Source of the DNA: a virus
Taxonomy: Duplodnaviria; Caudoviricetes
Length of the DNA stretch: 64,000 nucleotides
Virus record (IMG/VR): IMGVR_UViG_3300020202_000072
Span: 1,591-65,590 of that record
Strand: one strand, 5' to 3'
Numbering within the stretch: the stretch's first letter is position 1; each line of letters starts with the position of its first letter. The notes beneath the pieces were generated by a model. The model was not told the origin of the DNA. It worked only from the letters and a program-made list of their open reading frames with translations, and did not search any database. Made by a program: the position numbers and the translations under genes. This document shows, one piece after another, positions 28,218 through 36,466 of this stretch.

Positions 28218-29282
28218 ATGAAGAAGGCGAACGAGCAAGCCGGCCCGGTCATGTCGGGTTACGCGTGCGACCTCTACCTCAAGGACCCCCGTCCGGGCGT
28301 CGGTCAGTTCCTCTGGCGCATGGCCGTCGGCGTGGCCCTGTTGCTGATCTTCCTCACCCTCACGGCCAGCATCGTGAAGGCCGCGGACATCTCCAGCGAC
28401 GACCCGCCGGCGGTGTCCGTGAAGGATCGCGCGGAGCTTCGGGCGCGGGCTGCACAGTCCCTGGCGGAAGTCACGCGCGAGTACGAGGCAATGAAGGCCG
28501 CCGGCAGGCAACCCGGCCGGCTCCTACTGCGAGAGGTCTATGACCTCGACGGCAGGAAGGTCGGACTGGAGGAGTACAGCGACAAGCCGGTCGCCGCGAC
28601 GAAGGCCGCCCCGAAGAAGATCCCGTGCGGCGTCTGCGGCTCAGCCTGCAACTGCGAGGACTGTGCCTGCGAGGACGTTAAAGCGGGCCGGGTCCAGGTG
28701 AAGGCGAACCCGCCGCCCGTGAAAGTCCAGCCGCCGAAGATCACACCGGTCAACCCGAATCAGCGACCCGTGTACGCCGCAGACGGAGAGCGGAGTGCCT
28801 TCGATCAATACCAGGAGGCCATTGCCGAGGTGAAGAGAACGGGCCAACCAAAGACCGTCACCGTGACGGCAGGCGGATTGTCGGCGAGTACCTACGTCGG
28901 CACAGACGGGGCCTTGTACGGGCAAATCCTTCTCGACGGCGGCCCCCCGGAGACGCTGGAGCAGGCGTGGGAGCGGGCGAAGAAGAAAGGCTACACCGGC
29001 CCCCCGCCGACGTGGGTTCCCGGCACCGAGCCAGGCGTATACGTGCCGCCACAAGCTAGCCTCCGGTCCGCGGGGGTGGGACAGACAAACCCTACCACGC
29101 GGGGCACAACTGCCCCGGTTGTGGTGCTTCCCAGTACGTCGTCGCCGGTTTTAATCCCGACGGCACCCACGTACATACCTGCCCCCGCTGTCGCGCGTCG
29201 TGGCGGCATTAGCTTCGGACTCAGCGGGCCGTTCGGCGGAGGCTTCTCCGCGGCGGCCGGCGGTTGTGCGTCCGGCGGTTGA
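28218..29282 (+). CDS. Membrane-anchored protein with metallothionein-like Cys cluster
   Basis: N-terminal TM segment; CGVCGSACNCEDCAC; P-rich C-terminus. Confidence 0.55.
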   Translation: MKKANEQAGPVMSGYACDLYLKDPRPGVGQFLWRMAVGVALLLIFLTLTASIVKAADISSDDPPAVSVKDRAELRARAAQSLAEVTREYEAMKAAGRQPGRLLLREVYDLDGRKVGLEEYSDKPVAATKAAPKKIPCGVCGSACNCEDCACEDVKAGRVQVKANPPPVKVQPPKITPVNPNQRPVYAADGERSAFDQYQEAIAEVKRTGQPKTVTVTAGGLSASTYVGTDGALYGQILLDGGPPETLEQAWERAKKKGYTGPPPTWVPGTEPGVYVPPQASLRSAGVGQTNPTTRGTTAPVVVLPSTSSPVLIPTAPTYIPAPAVARRGGISFGLSGPFGGGFSAAAGGCASGG

Positions 29283-29428
29283 CGGTAAACGTGAGGCCGG
29301 CCGTGAGCCGGACAAGGATGTTGGCTCGACTGCGATCCTCGATCGACCTTCTCGCCGGCTGCGGGCTGGCGGCCCTGGTGTTCGGCTTCGTGATGGCAGG
29401 CCTCTGGCTCAGGAAGTGAGGGAGTCTC

Positions 29429-29893
29429 ATGCGAACGATTCTCGCCAGCCTCTTGCTCGCCGTGGTCACCGTCGCCGCCCCGGCCCTGAAGGCGGACAAG
29501 TCGAACTGCAAGTGCGGCGAGTGCTGCGCGTGCAAGGACGGCCGGGTCGACGCGGCTTGCTCCTGCCCGAAGGGCGAGTGCCGCTGTGCGGACGTTGCCG
29601 CGGCCGACCCGCTGGAGATCGAAGAGCGATACATCGAAGCCCTTTGCTCGATGCACTCCAAAGCGAAGCCCTGGCGTCAGGTCCGAGCGCTGGAGGTTGA
29701 CGCGGAGAGGCGGACCGGCGTCCCGCAAGCCGAATGGAATGCGCGCATGGCGTGGGTCGTCACGATGCACCTGAACAAGAGGTACGGCAAGGATTACGCC
29801 CCGGCCGACGACGCGACCCCGTCGGGGGTCGCCTACCAGGCGATCGCGACCGACGGATTCAAGAAGTGGTTCCCCGATTTCTGGACCTGGTGA
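29429..29893 (+). CDS. Secreted Cys-rich protein
   Basis: Signal peptide, then CKCGECCACK...CSCPKGECRC. Confidence 0.6.
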   Translation: MRTILASLLLAVVTVAAPALKADKSNCKCGECCACKDGRVDAACSCPKGECRCADVAAADPLEIEERYIEALCSMHSKAKPWRQVRALEVDAERRTGVPQAEWNARMAWVVTMHLNKRYGKDYAPADDATPSGVAYQAIATDGFKKWFPDFWTW

Positions 29894-29906
29894 AAGGACC
29901 GACGAC

Positions 29907-30212
29907 ATGATCAAACCGAATGACCTGCCCCTTGCCCCCCAGGCGAAGGCCGCGCGCGACCCCTACGAAGAGCTTCTCTACAAGACGCTCATCAGCAACA
30001 GCATCCTGCTGATCCAGTTCCAGTTGCAGCGGAACCGGCGGCCGAAGGGGGCCAAGCTCGCCCAGTTGGTCAACCAGGACTTCCTCCTGAACTTCGACCG
30101 CTACATGGAAGAGATCAACGGCCCGATCGTGATGGGGACCGTCCCTACGGTCGAGCTGGAGGCGATGGTCGAAAACTCCCGCCGCTTGCTGCACGAGGCG
30201 CTGACGGTATGA
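29907..30212 (+). CDS. Hypothetical protein
   Basis: ORF with GC3-rich codons in the operon. Confidence 0.55.
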   Translation: MIKPNDLPLAPQAKAARDPYEELLYKTLISNSILLIQFQLQRNRRPKGAKLAQLVNQDFLLNFDRYMEEINGPIVMGTVPTVELEAMVENSRRLLHEALTV

Positions 30213-30607
30213 CCCGCGCCCGGCTACTCGCGGTCGAGATGAGCCTCCGCGTCGGGGCCGCGGCGGAGATCATCCTCGCCATCCTCACCGTGCTGTCGAC
30301 GGCAATCCCGCTGTTGTGCCCGGCGAAGCCCGAGACGCCGGAACAGAAGGCCCGGCTCCTCCGCGACCTGGCCACGAACCGGCCCCGGCGGATCGAACGA
30401 CTCACGCGGCGGCACTACCGCCGGCTGCAGGGCAACCCGGCGAACGAGGACGCCCTGGTGCGCGAGATCCGGCGAACGTGCCTGGGGGCGACGCCGGAGC
30501 TGATGGCGATCTTCGACGAGGAGAGGCCGGCCCTGATGGCCGCGTTCCCGTTCTCGGAAGACGACGAAGACACCGGCGAATTCGAGGCGGTGCCCGATGA
30601 GCAATGA
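30209..30607 (+). CDS. Hypothetical membrane protein
   Basis: Hydrophobic segment; ATGA coupling. Confidence 0.5.
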   Translation: MTRARLLAVEMSLRVGAAAEIILAILTVLSTAIPLLCPAKPETPEQKARLLRDLATNRPRRIERLTRRHYRRLQGNPANEDALVREIRRTCLGATPELMAIFDEERPALMAAFPFSEDDEDTGEFEAVPDEQ

Positions 30608-30704
30608 ACTTCGACGGCTGATTGTCGCACTTGTCCGGGAAGCTCTGCGGGAGGTTCCCGCGCCGGAGCGGCCGTCGGTCGTCCAACACTCGGAGGTTTA
30701 CGTC

Positions 30705-30995
30705 ATGGCGTTGAAAGCAAAAGTCACCCTCGGCGAGCCGAAGGCCTCGGACGTCGAGAAGCGGAAGCTGCACGTGGAAGTCAACGGCGCCGACACGGTG
30801 ACCGAGCTCCCCGCGACGGCCCGCGAGCACTTCTTCCTGGTCGAGCGCAACGCGACGGTCGCGGTGTGGCTCACCGACGTCGACGGCTCGGGCAACGAGT
30901 CGGCGCCGTCCGGCCGCGCGGAGTTCACCGCGGTCGACACCATCCCGCCCGGCCCGCCGGACGCTCCCATGGTGGAGATCGTCGGCGAGGAGTAA
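30705..30995 (+). CDS. Small FN3/Ig-like beta protein
   Basis: GGAGG RBS; V.LTDVD.SGNES.PS......DT.PP..P motif. Confidence 0.6.
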   Translation: MALKAKVTLGEPKASDVEKRKLHVEVNGADTVTELPATAREHFFLVERNATVAVWLTDVDGSGNESAPSGRAEFTAVDTIPPGPPDAPMVEIVGEE

Positions 30996-31109
30996 AGAGC
31001 CAACCCCCGTCCCGTTCCCGGGACAGCCCCGCCGCCCACGGCCGATGCGAGTCCGACCCGCGGGGCTTCTTACACGTGGTCCTTGCCGTGGGAGAGGCGG
31101 CAGGGAAGC

Positions 31110-31144
31110 GGCCGGGGTGGTCCCAACCGCCCCGGTCTTTTTTG
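31110..31144 (+). terminator. Rho-independent terminator
   Basis: GCCGGGGTGGT-ccca-ACCGCCCCGGT hairpin followed by a T run. Confidence 0.65.
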
Positions 31145-31159
31145 TTGGAGAGTGGTGGG

Positions 31160-31705
31160 ATGGCGTTGCCGAAGCGACCCCTGACGGAAGAACAGAAGCA
31201 ACTCGCGGAGCAGTGGTTGCCGCTGGCCATGAGACTCGCCGGCAAGGCGACGAAGCACTTCGCCAACATCGACCCACAAGAAATTCACAGCATGGCCTAT
31301 GACGCCTTGCTCCACGCGGTCTCAACATTCAGGCCAGCTCGCGGAGTGCCGATCCGGAACTGGCTCGGCTGGGCCGTCTACCGCCTGATCATGAACGGTA
31401 TTCGCGATTACCGCGCGTCGCGGCGTCTCGAAAGCGAATGGCCGGTCGACGTCGAAGGCGAGCTGATCGTCATAGCGGAACTCGGCCGGGAACAGCGATC
31501 GATGGTCGCGGAGCGCGAGATCGTCGACGACCTCCGCCGCAAGCTGGACCCGAAATACTTCGCCGTCCTGGAATGCCGGCAGGCCTACGACGTGAAGCGC
31601 GAAGACATCGCCCGCTTCCTGGGGGTCTCGCCTGTCCGGGTTGGACAGATCGAGCAGAAGGCCCTCGCGGCCGCACGAAGGAGGATCAACCGCCATGCCG
31701 CGTGA
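31160..31705 (+). CDS. Sigma-70 family sigma factor (regions 2 and 4)
   Basis: LPLA..LA, A..ALL.AV..F.P.RG, IRDY.R; region 4 HTH IARFLGVS..RV.QIE.KAL. Confidence 0.85.
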   Translation: MALPKRPLTEEQKQLAEQWLPLAMRLAGKATKHFANIDPQEIHSMAYDALLHAVSTFRPARGVPIRNWLGWAVYRLIMNGIRDYRASRRLESEWPVDVEGELIVIAELGREQRSMVAEREIVDDLRRKLDPKYFAVLECRQAYDVKREDIARFLGVSPVRVGQIEQKALAAARRRINRHAA

Positions 31706-32048
31706 CAATACCGGTGAACCAATCCCCCGCGAGGGCCCGCCCTTCACCTGGCAGGGCTACAAGGTCGACGTGATGCTCGACGGCAAGCTGCTCGGCCCCT
31801 TCCAGGCCACGTCACCGCGGGCCCTGGAAGAGCTGCTGATGACGCTCGGCCAGCGCTACGCCTTCGCGCCTCAGTTCTATGACGCGGACGCCAACCCGCT
31901 GCCGCGGCCGCAGGTGCTCTTCTCTGTCTACGACCTGGCCCGCGAGGCGTGGGTGAAGGCGGACGGAGTCACGGAGATGCAGGACGGCGCGATCTGGATG
32001 AACGTCGAGGTCAAGCTCCACATCGGGAGCGTCATTCTGCCGAAGTAA
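31695..32048 (+). CDS. Hypothetical protein
   Basis: Overlaps the 3' end of the sigma gene; GC3-rich. Confidence 0.55.
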   Translation: MPRDNTGEPIPREGPPFTWQGYKVDVMLDGKLLGPFQATSPRALEELLMTLGQRYAFAPQFYDADANPLPRPQVLFSVYDLAREAWVKADGVTEMQDGAIWMNVEVKLHIGSVILPK

Positions 32049-32049
32049 G

Positions 32050-32868
32050 TTAGCCCTCGATCGCTCCGCGGAGAAATGCGTGGGCATCGCGGACGGCGCT
32101 GGGGAGACGGCCGGCCGGCGGCAGGTGGAACGTGATGCCGGGCCATTCGGCTTCAAGGCAGAGCTCTACGTGAGATCGGGTAGTGTACCGGACCGGGACC
32201 AGAGCCTTTCGCCCGGCGATGCGTCGCGCATAGCCCTCGTGCTCAAGCATGGGGATTGTCGTCAGCCTCACCTCTCGCACCGGATGCTGGGCCGTGATCG
32301 CGTCGGCGTTACACCGTCCGGCAGCATCCTTCGCGAGCCATGCCTCGGCGGTGCAGGCCACAACTTCGATGAACCCACGGCGGACAAAGGCCAGAGGTTT
32401 TTGCCCTCGCTCCGGCGTGTACGGCTCGCCGATCGAGAAGCACCAGACAGATTCGGGCAGAGGTGGTGTGAAGCCTTTGCCTGGGAGATACCACAACCCC
32501 TCGACCCGGCGAACCAGTGGCCGCCTCTCTTTGCAGTCGTCGCACACCGAGCAATGAGCACCGTACATTCCGCGGTCGCAAAGAGGCAACCGGGCAAGTC
32601 GACACTGCGCCCGAATGAACTCCGCCCGTTCCGCGTTGCCGTCCGAGACGTAGCCGGTGCCCGAACATTTGCAGCAGCCAGCCCGCGGGTATTTCATCAC
32701 GCGAACGCCGGAACCGTCTCGGACGTACTCGCCCTTCCCGTCCTTGCATTCCCCGCAAGGCACCGTCCCCGCGTTCTCCTGCAACCAATCCGCGTAGATC
32801 AGCCGCGGCGCGTCGTCGTCGGGGGCAACCAGGATCGCGGCGATGAATGCGAGTTCATCCGGGCTCAT
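32050..32868 (-). CDS. TIGR02996 domain protein with Zn-finger insert
   Basis: AFIAAILVAPDDDAPRLIYADWL...ERAEFIRAQ, RRGFIE.V; CxxC...CxxCxGxG insert. Confidence 0.85.
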   Translation of the reverse strand: MSPDELAFIAAILVAPDDDAPRLIYADWLQENAGTVPCGECKDGKGEYVRDGSGVRVMKYPRAGCCKCSGTGYVSDGNAERAEFIRAQCRLARLPLCDRGMYGAHCSVCDDCKERRPLVRRVEGLWYLPGKGFTPPLPESVWCFSIGEPYTPERGQKPLAFVRRGFIEVVACTAEAWLAKDAAGRCNADAITAQHPVREVRLTTIPMLEHEGYARRIAGRKALVPVRYTTRSHVELCLEAEWPGITFHLPPAGRLPSAVRDAHAFLRGAIEG

Positions 32869-33043
32869 GCGGGGATTGTATCAGGCCCTCTCGACAAATC
32901 CTCTCCAGCTCCAGCCGCAACCTCTCCACCCGCGGCCAGTCGCGGATGACCAGGGCGACGAGAAGCAACTGGTACGTCCGTGCGTAGAGCTCCTGAAGGG
33001 CAGGGGGCATCGAGGTCGGCTCGGGGTGGGTGTGAAAGCTCAC
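32855..33043 (-). CDS. Small hypothetical protein
   Basis: ORF overlapping the TIGR02996 start. Confidence 0.35.
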   Translation of the reverse strand: MSFHTHPEPTSMPPALQELYARTYQLLLVALVIRDWPRVERLRLELERICREGLIQSPHEPG

Positions 33044-33097
33044 CCGCGCGATTGTGCCCGGCGAGTAGGATGAACGGAAGGTCAGTAGGAGCTTGCC

Positions 33098-33394
33098 GTG
33101 GCCGAACTCAACCTAATCCCATCCTGGCCGGTCGGAGCCGGCGACCCGGTGTACCTGGACGACGACGGCAATCCGTTCGTCCGAAAGAGAGTCGGCTTCG
33201 ACGAGTACCGGGAGTTCTACGGCTTCGACCCGGGCGAACTGAGAATAGGAAGGCCCCGCGTAGTCGAAGGCCTGCTGTACACGATCGACATTCCGTGCGA
33301 GTACGTGCCCCGCGGGCGAAGGCCTACGCCGCCATTAGAAGCCGACGAGGCGCTCGCTGTCGAATCCGCTCCACGCTCTGGCGCGCCTGCGTAA
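33098..33394 (+). CDS. Hypothetical protein
   Basis: AGGAG RBS and GTG start. Confidence 0.45.
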   Translation: MAELNLIPSWPVGAGDPVYLDDDGNPFVRKRVGFDEYREFYGFDPGELRIGRPRVVEGLLYTIDIPCEYVPRGRRPTPPLEADEALAVESAPRSGAPA

Positions 33395-33560
33395 GCTCCT
33401 CGGCCTCGTCCGGGTCGAGTCGGTCGACCAGCTTCGCGGCCGCGCGGTCGAGCGCCTCGCGTGCCTCGACCAGGTCCGGCTCGGGATCGTCGTCCATTGA
33501 AAGGCCCTCCGACGTATCAACGGCATTGTATACGTTGGAGGGAGCGAGGTGGGGCTTGGT

Positions 33561-33761
33561 TCACAGGATCAAGAACGCCGCCACGGTCGCGCCCGTTCCC
33601 GCCACTACCGCGAGCAGGATAACCGAACAGCCGGCCATGCGGCCCATCTTCCGCTGACGGCCGGCCCGCGTCGTCGGGATGCCCGTCTCTCGCGCGAACT
33701 TGCGGCGGGCTTTTGAGATCCCGGACTGGCGGTACCAGAAGGGCTTCTTTCGTCTTGCCAT
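33561..33761 (-). CDS. Small basic membrane-anchored prophage protein
   Basis: GIS.A.RK.AR.TGIPTT..GRQRK.G followed by a TM segment. Confidence 0.65.
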   Translation of the reverse strand: MARRKKPFWYRQSGISKARRKFARETGIPTTRAGRQRKMGRMAGCSVILLAVVAGTGATVAAFLIL

Positions 33762-33810
33762 GGGCGAGAGTCCTTAGCTGGGTCAATAGACCGACGTGCC
33801 GGGCCTGGCT

Positions 33811-34572
33811 TCACTTCTTCAGAAGGCTTCTGGTTTCCGCCTCGCTCAGTTCGTACTTCCTCGCAACCGCAGTCCGAGCTTCATCGACAGCAACAGAGAC
33901 CGCCTTCTCCTGATTGCTCTTCGCGACGGCCTTCTCCTGGAACGTCCCGTCTTTTGGAATGGGGAACTCCTTCGCGGCCGCGTCCGCAGCCTTTGCGCGG
34001 GAAGCCGCCCACTCCTTCGCGATCACTCCGTCGCGCTTGGCAATGGCAGCATCCAGATCACGCTTCGCCTTCTCAATCGCGGCGGCGAGCTCATCCTTGT
34101 CCGGCGCGTTCTTGCTCTCGACAGGTTCCAAAACGAAAAGCGTCCGCCCTTCGATCTTCTCCGTCCCGACCACCCTGAAAGCACCAGCGGGCTTTATCTC
34201 CTTGTCGTCCGCGTAATTACTGGTGTCTGTTTTCCGGATGACGAAAGAGATCTGCGGGAACCTTGTGCCGCCGTAGGGCTCGCGCTTGCAGAGGATCACG
34301 CACGTGCTCTTGTCAGAAACCGACTCGACGAAGTAGCGATGATGGACCCAGCCAATGACCAGGTCGCCTCGAGGCGCGTTGTAAGGAGGGAGGTGGATGG
34401 TCTCGCCGGTCTTGAAGGCTCCGGGTGAAACGTATTTGGTCTCTTTGCCGGGCACCGCTGCGGCCTGGGCCTTCTTCAGGGCCTCCCGCGCCTCACGAAC
34501 GGCGATGGCTTCAGGAGGAGGCGCGGCTATTACGGCGCAGGGAGCAACCAGCAGGAGGAGAAAGGCACGCAT
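33811..34572 (-). CDS. Secreted hypothetical protein (lysogenic conversion candidate)
   Basis: Signal peptide MRAFLLLLVAPCAVIA; next to attP. Confidence 0.6.
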   Translation of the reverse strand: MRAFLLLLVAPCAVIAAPPPEAIAVREAREALKKAQAAAVPGKETKYVSPGAFKTGETIHLPPYNAPRGDLVIGWVHHRYFVESVSDKSTCVILCKREPYGGTRFPQISFVIRKTDTSNYADDKEIKPAGAFRVVGTEKIEGRTLFVLEPVESKNAPDKDELAAAIEKAKRDLDAAIAKRDGVIAKEWAASRAKAADAAAKEFPIPKDGTFQEKAVAKSNQEKAVSVAVDEARTAVARKYELSEAETRSLLKK

Positions 34573-34740
34573 GGGGAAGGGCTCCGAGACAAGGAGTCAT
34601 TCGTTGGCGAGTCTACTGGCTTGCGGCCGCGGATGGAAGGGGGTACCCAAGCCGGTCTTTCCGTAAGTGGGCCGGTAAGTCAAATCCCGACCGCAGCGCA
34701 ACCGGCGTGTGACGACTCGGTTCCGTCGAGCGTGCGGCCG

Positions 34741-34797
34741 TCTCGAAAACCGATATGGGTGAAAGCCCATCGAGGGTTCGAATCCCTCCCTCTCCGC
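34741..34797 (+). mobile_element. attP core: 3' half of tRNA-Ser(CGA)
   Basis: CTCGAAA anticodon loop, long variable arm ATGGG/CCCAT, T-arm GAGGG-TTCGAAT-CCCTC, acceptor 3' strand CCTCTCCG; no complementary 5' half upstream; integrase nearby. Confidence 0.85.
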
Positions 34798-34799
34798 TG

Positions 34800-34826
34800 A
34801 AAACCCCGCAGAAATGCGGGGCTTTT
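34800..34826 (+). terminator. Terminator after the tRNA fragment
   Basis: AAAACCCCGCA-GAAA-TGCGGGGCTTTT. Confidence 0.8.
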
Positions 34827-34981
34827 ATCATTCCCCTCGTTCAGTCCTGCCACTCGCGTACCGATACAACCGTTCAGGAGTTTTGCGAAGTTTTGAGAAC
34901 AAGCCGGCTGGATCGGGATAAGTGGAGGCATAAGCGAAGTCGTGGGTCAATCCGAGGCTGAAGGGTCCTGGGATCCGGAGA

Positions 34982-35773
34982 TTGGAGCAAAACGTGTCCG
35001 CTCACTCGCCGTCGCCGCCTCCCATCGGGGAGTGGAAGGCAAACTATTTAAGGCTGATCTCGTTCCCGGTGGAACCTGCTTACGGGATTCAGCAACAGTG
35101 GTGGCAATCGCTGACGGGCGAAAGCGCTCCTTCGGTCGCTGATCAGCGACAGAAACGGAGGCGGGTCGAAAGTGGGTCATACGAAGGTAGAGAACTCCTC
35201 CTCGAAATAGAAGAGGGCAAGGTGGTGCTCACTGCTTCCCCCTCGGTCGACCCGGAGGCGGTCCCGGAGGGGATCCCGCTCCTCGGCTCGCTGGTTGACC
35301 ACAAGCCCTGGTTCGTCTCACTTTGCCTAAAGTGGCTCGCATCCTGCCCGTCCCTTTCGCGGCTGGCGTTTGTCGCGTCGTTGCACCAGCCGACACCCAC
35401 TCGGGAGGAAGCGTACCAGAGACTGGATCGATACCTTCGGTGCGTTGAGGTTGATGCGGCCTCGTCCGACTCTTTTATGTACCGAATTAACCGACCCACG
35501 GCGTCTGCGGTGGCACCCGGGATTGCGGTCAATCGGCTGTCTACCTGGGTGTCCATGAAGCTGACAAGCGCGGTGGGGCTGGTCTCAAACCTCGGCCAGC
35601 CCTTGCCGCCGAAGACGGTTTCAGAATGGAACAGTTGTTGTGTTGAGTTGGACATAAACACCGTCCCACAAATCACCGGGTCACCGCTCCCCACGGATCG
35701 GCTCTGCCCTTTGTTCCAGGAGCTTGCAGACATGGGGCAGGCCATTGCGGAGAAGGGGGATTTTCGACCATGA
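34982..35773 (+). CDS. Cargo gene A, TIGR04255-like protein
   Basis: LSRLAF, F.YRINRP, VNRL..W, VELDINT motifs; AT-richer codons. Confidence 0.55.
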   Translation: MEQNVSAHSPSPPPIGEWKANYLRLISFPVEPAYGIQQQWWQSLTGESAPSVADQRQKRRRVESGSYEGRELLLEIEEGKVVLTASPSVDPEAVPEGIPLLGSLVDHKPWFVSLCLKWLASCPSLSRLAFVASLHQPTPTREEAYQRLDRYLRCVEVDAASSDSFMYRINRPTASAVAPGIAVNRLSTWVSMKLTSAVGLVSNLGQPLPPKTVSEWNSCCVELDINTVPQITGSPLPTDRLCPLFQELADMGQAIAEKGDFRP

Positions 35774-36462
35774 ACTCTTTCCCCACTGCAGAATGGAATA
35801 CCGGCGGCCCACTCACAAGCATGGGAGGGCGACTTGGCGAGCTGTTCTCGGACTTCTACGCCTCCGCGACGGAGCTCTGGCACGTAGAGATTGAGAATGC
35901 CGAGACACAGCACAAGAGCCAAGTTATCCAGTGTAATTATCCAAGTGCGTCCGGGGATAGAGCGGGGTTATTCGTCTTCAGCCACGCTTCGAACGTGAAT
36001 AGAATTCGGGAGAGTGCAGTCGACTTCCTCTCCTCCGAGGCCGCTTCCTCACCGATCCGAAACAACATGCCGGAGATGGCGTCGAGTAACGAGGCCTCTG
36101 CCCTCTCACACGTGAGAGGCAGACCAACACGTATGGAGCGGCTCGACACTTCGCCGGCGGACTTTCTGAATTACATCTACCTACTCGTGCGGGAGGGCCA
36201 AGCCCAGTCGGCATCGGTTGCTACCATCGATTTCCTCGACCAACTGCTAAACGATAATCGCTTCCGGCTATGCAACGATGTCTTGGCCACCGCAGACGCC
36301 GCGAGGATGCCGTCCGCCCTCCGACGCGCCTTCCTCATGGTGACTCGACCTGCCAAGGACCGTCTTCCCGCAAGGACCATCTTTTACCAGAAGTCGCTGG
36401 AGCTTCTCTCGAAGGAACGAGGAGAAGAGGTCGCCAAACAGATGCTGGGACCCGTGGCCTAA
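35770..36462 (+). CDS. Cargo gene B, disordered-looking N-terminus plus helical C-terminal domain
   Basis: ATGA-coupled to gene A; DFLDQLL....F..C..VL...D, T.PA...L..R..F. Confidence 0.6.
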   Translation: MNSFPTAEWNTGGPLTSMGGRLGELFSDFYASATELWHVEIENAETQHKSQVIQCNYPSASGDRAGLFVFSHASNVNRIRESAVDFLSSEAASSPIRNNMPEMASSNEASALSHVRGRPTRMERLDTSPADFLNYIYLLVREGQAQSASVATIDFLDQLLNDNRFRLCNDVLATADAARMPSALRRAFLMVTRPAKDRLPARTIFYQKSLELLSKERGEEVAKQMLGPVA

Positions 36463-36466
36463 TCTC

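Noticed and set aside
34700-34797. Complete tRNA-Ser gene
   Set aside because: No GGAGAGG 5' acceptor strand or D-arm, and the anticodon stem does not pair; treated as attP
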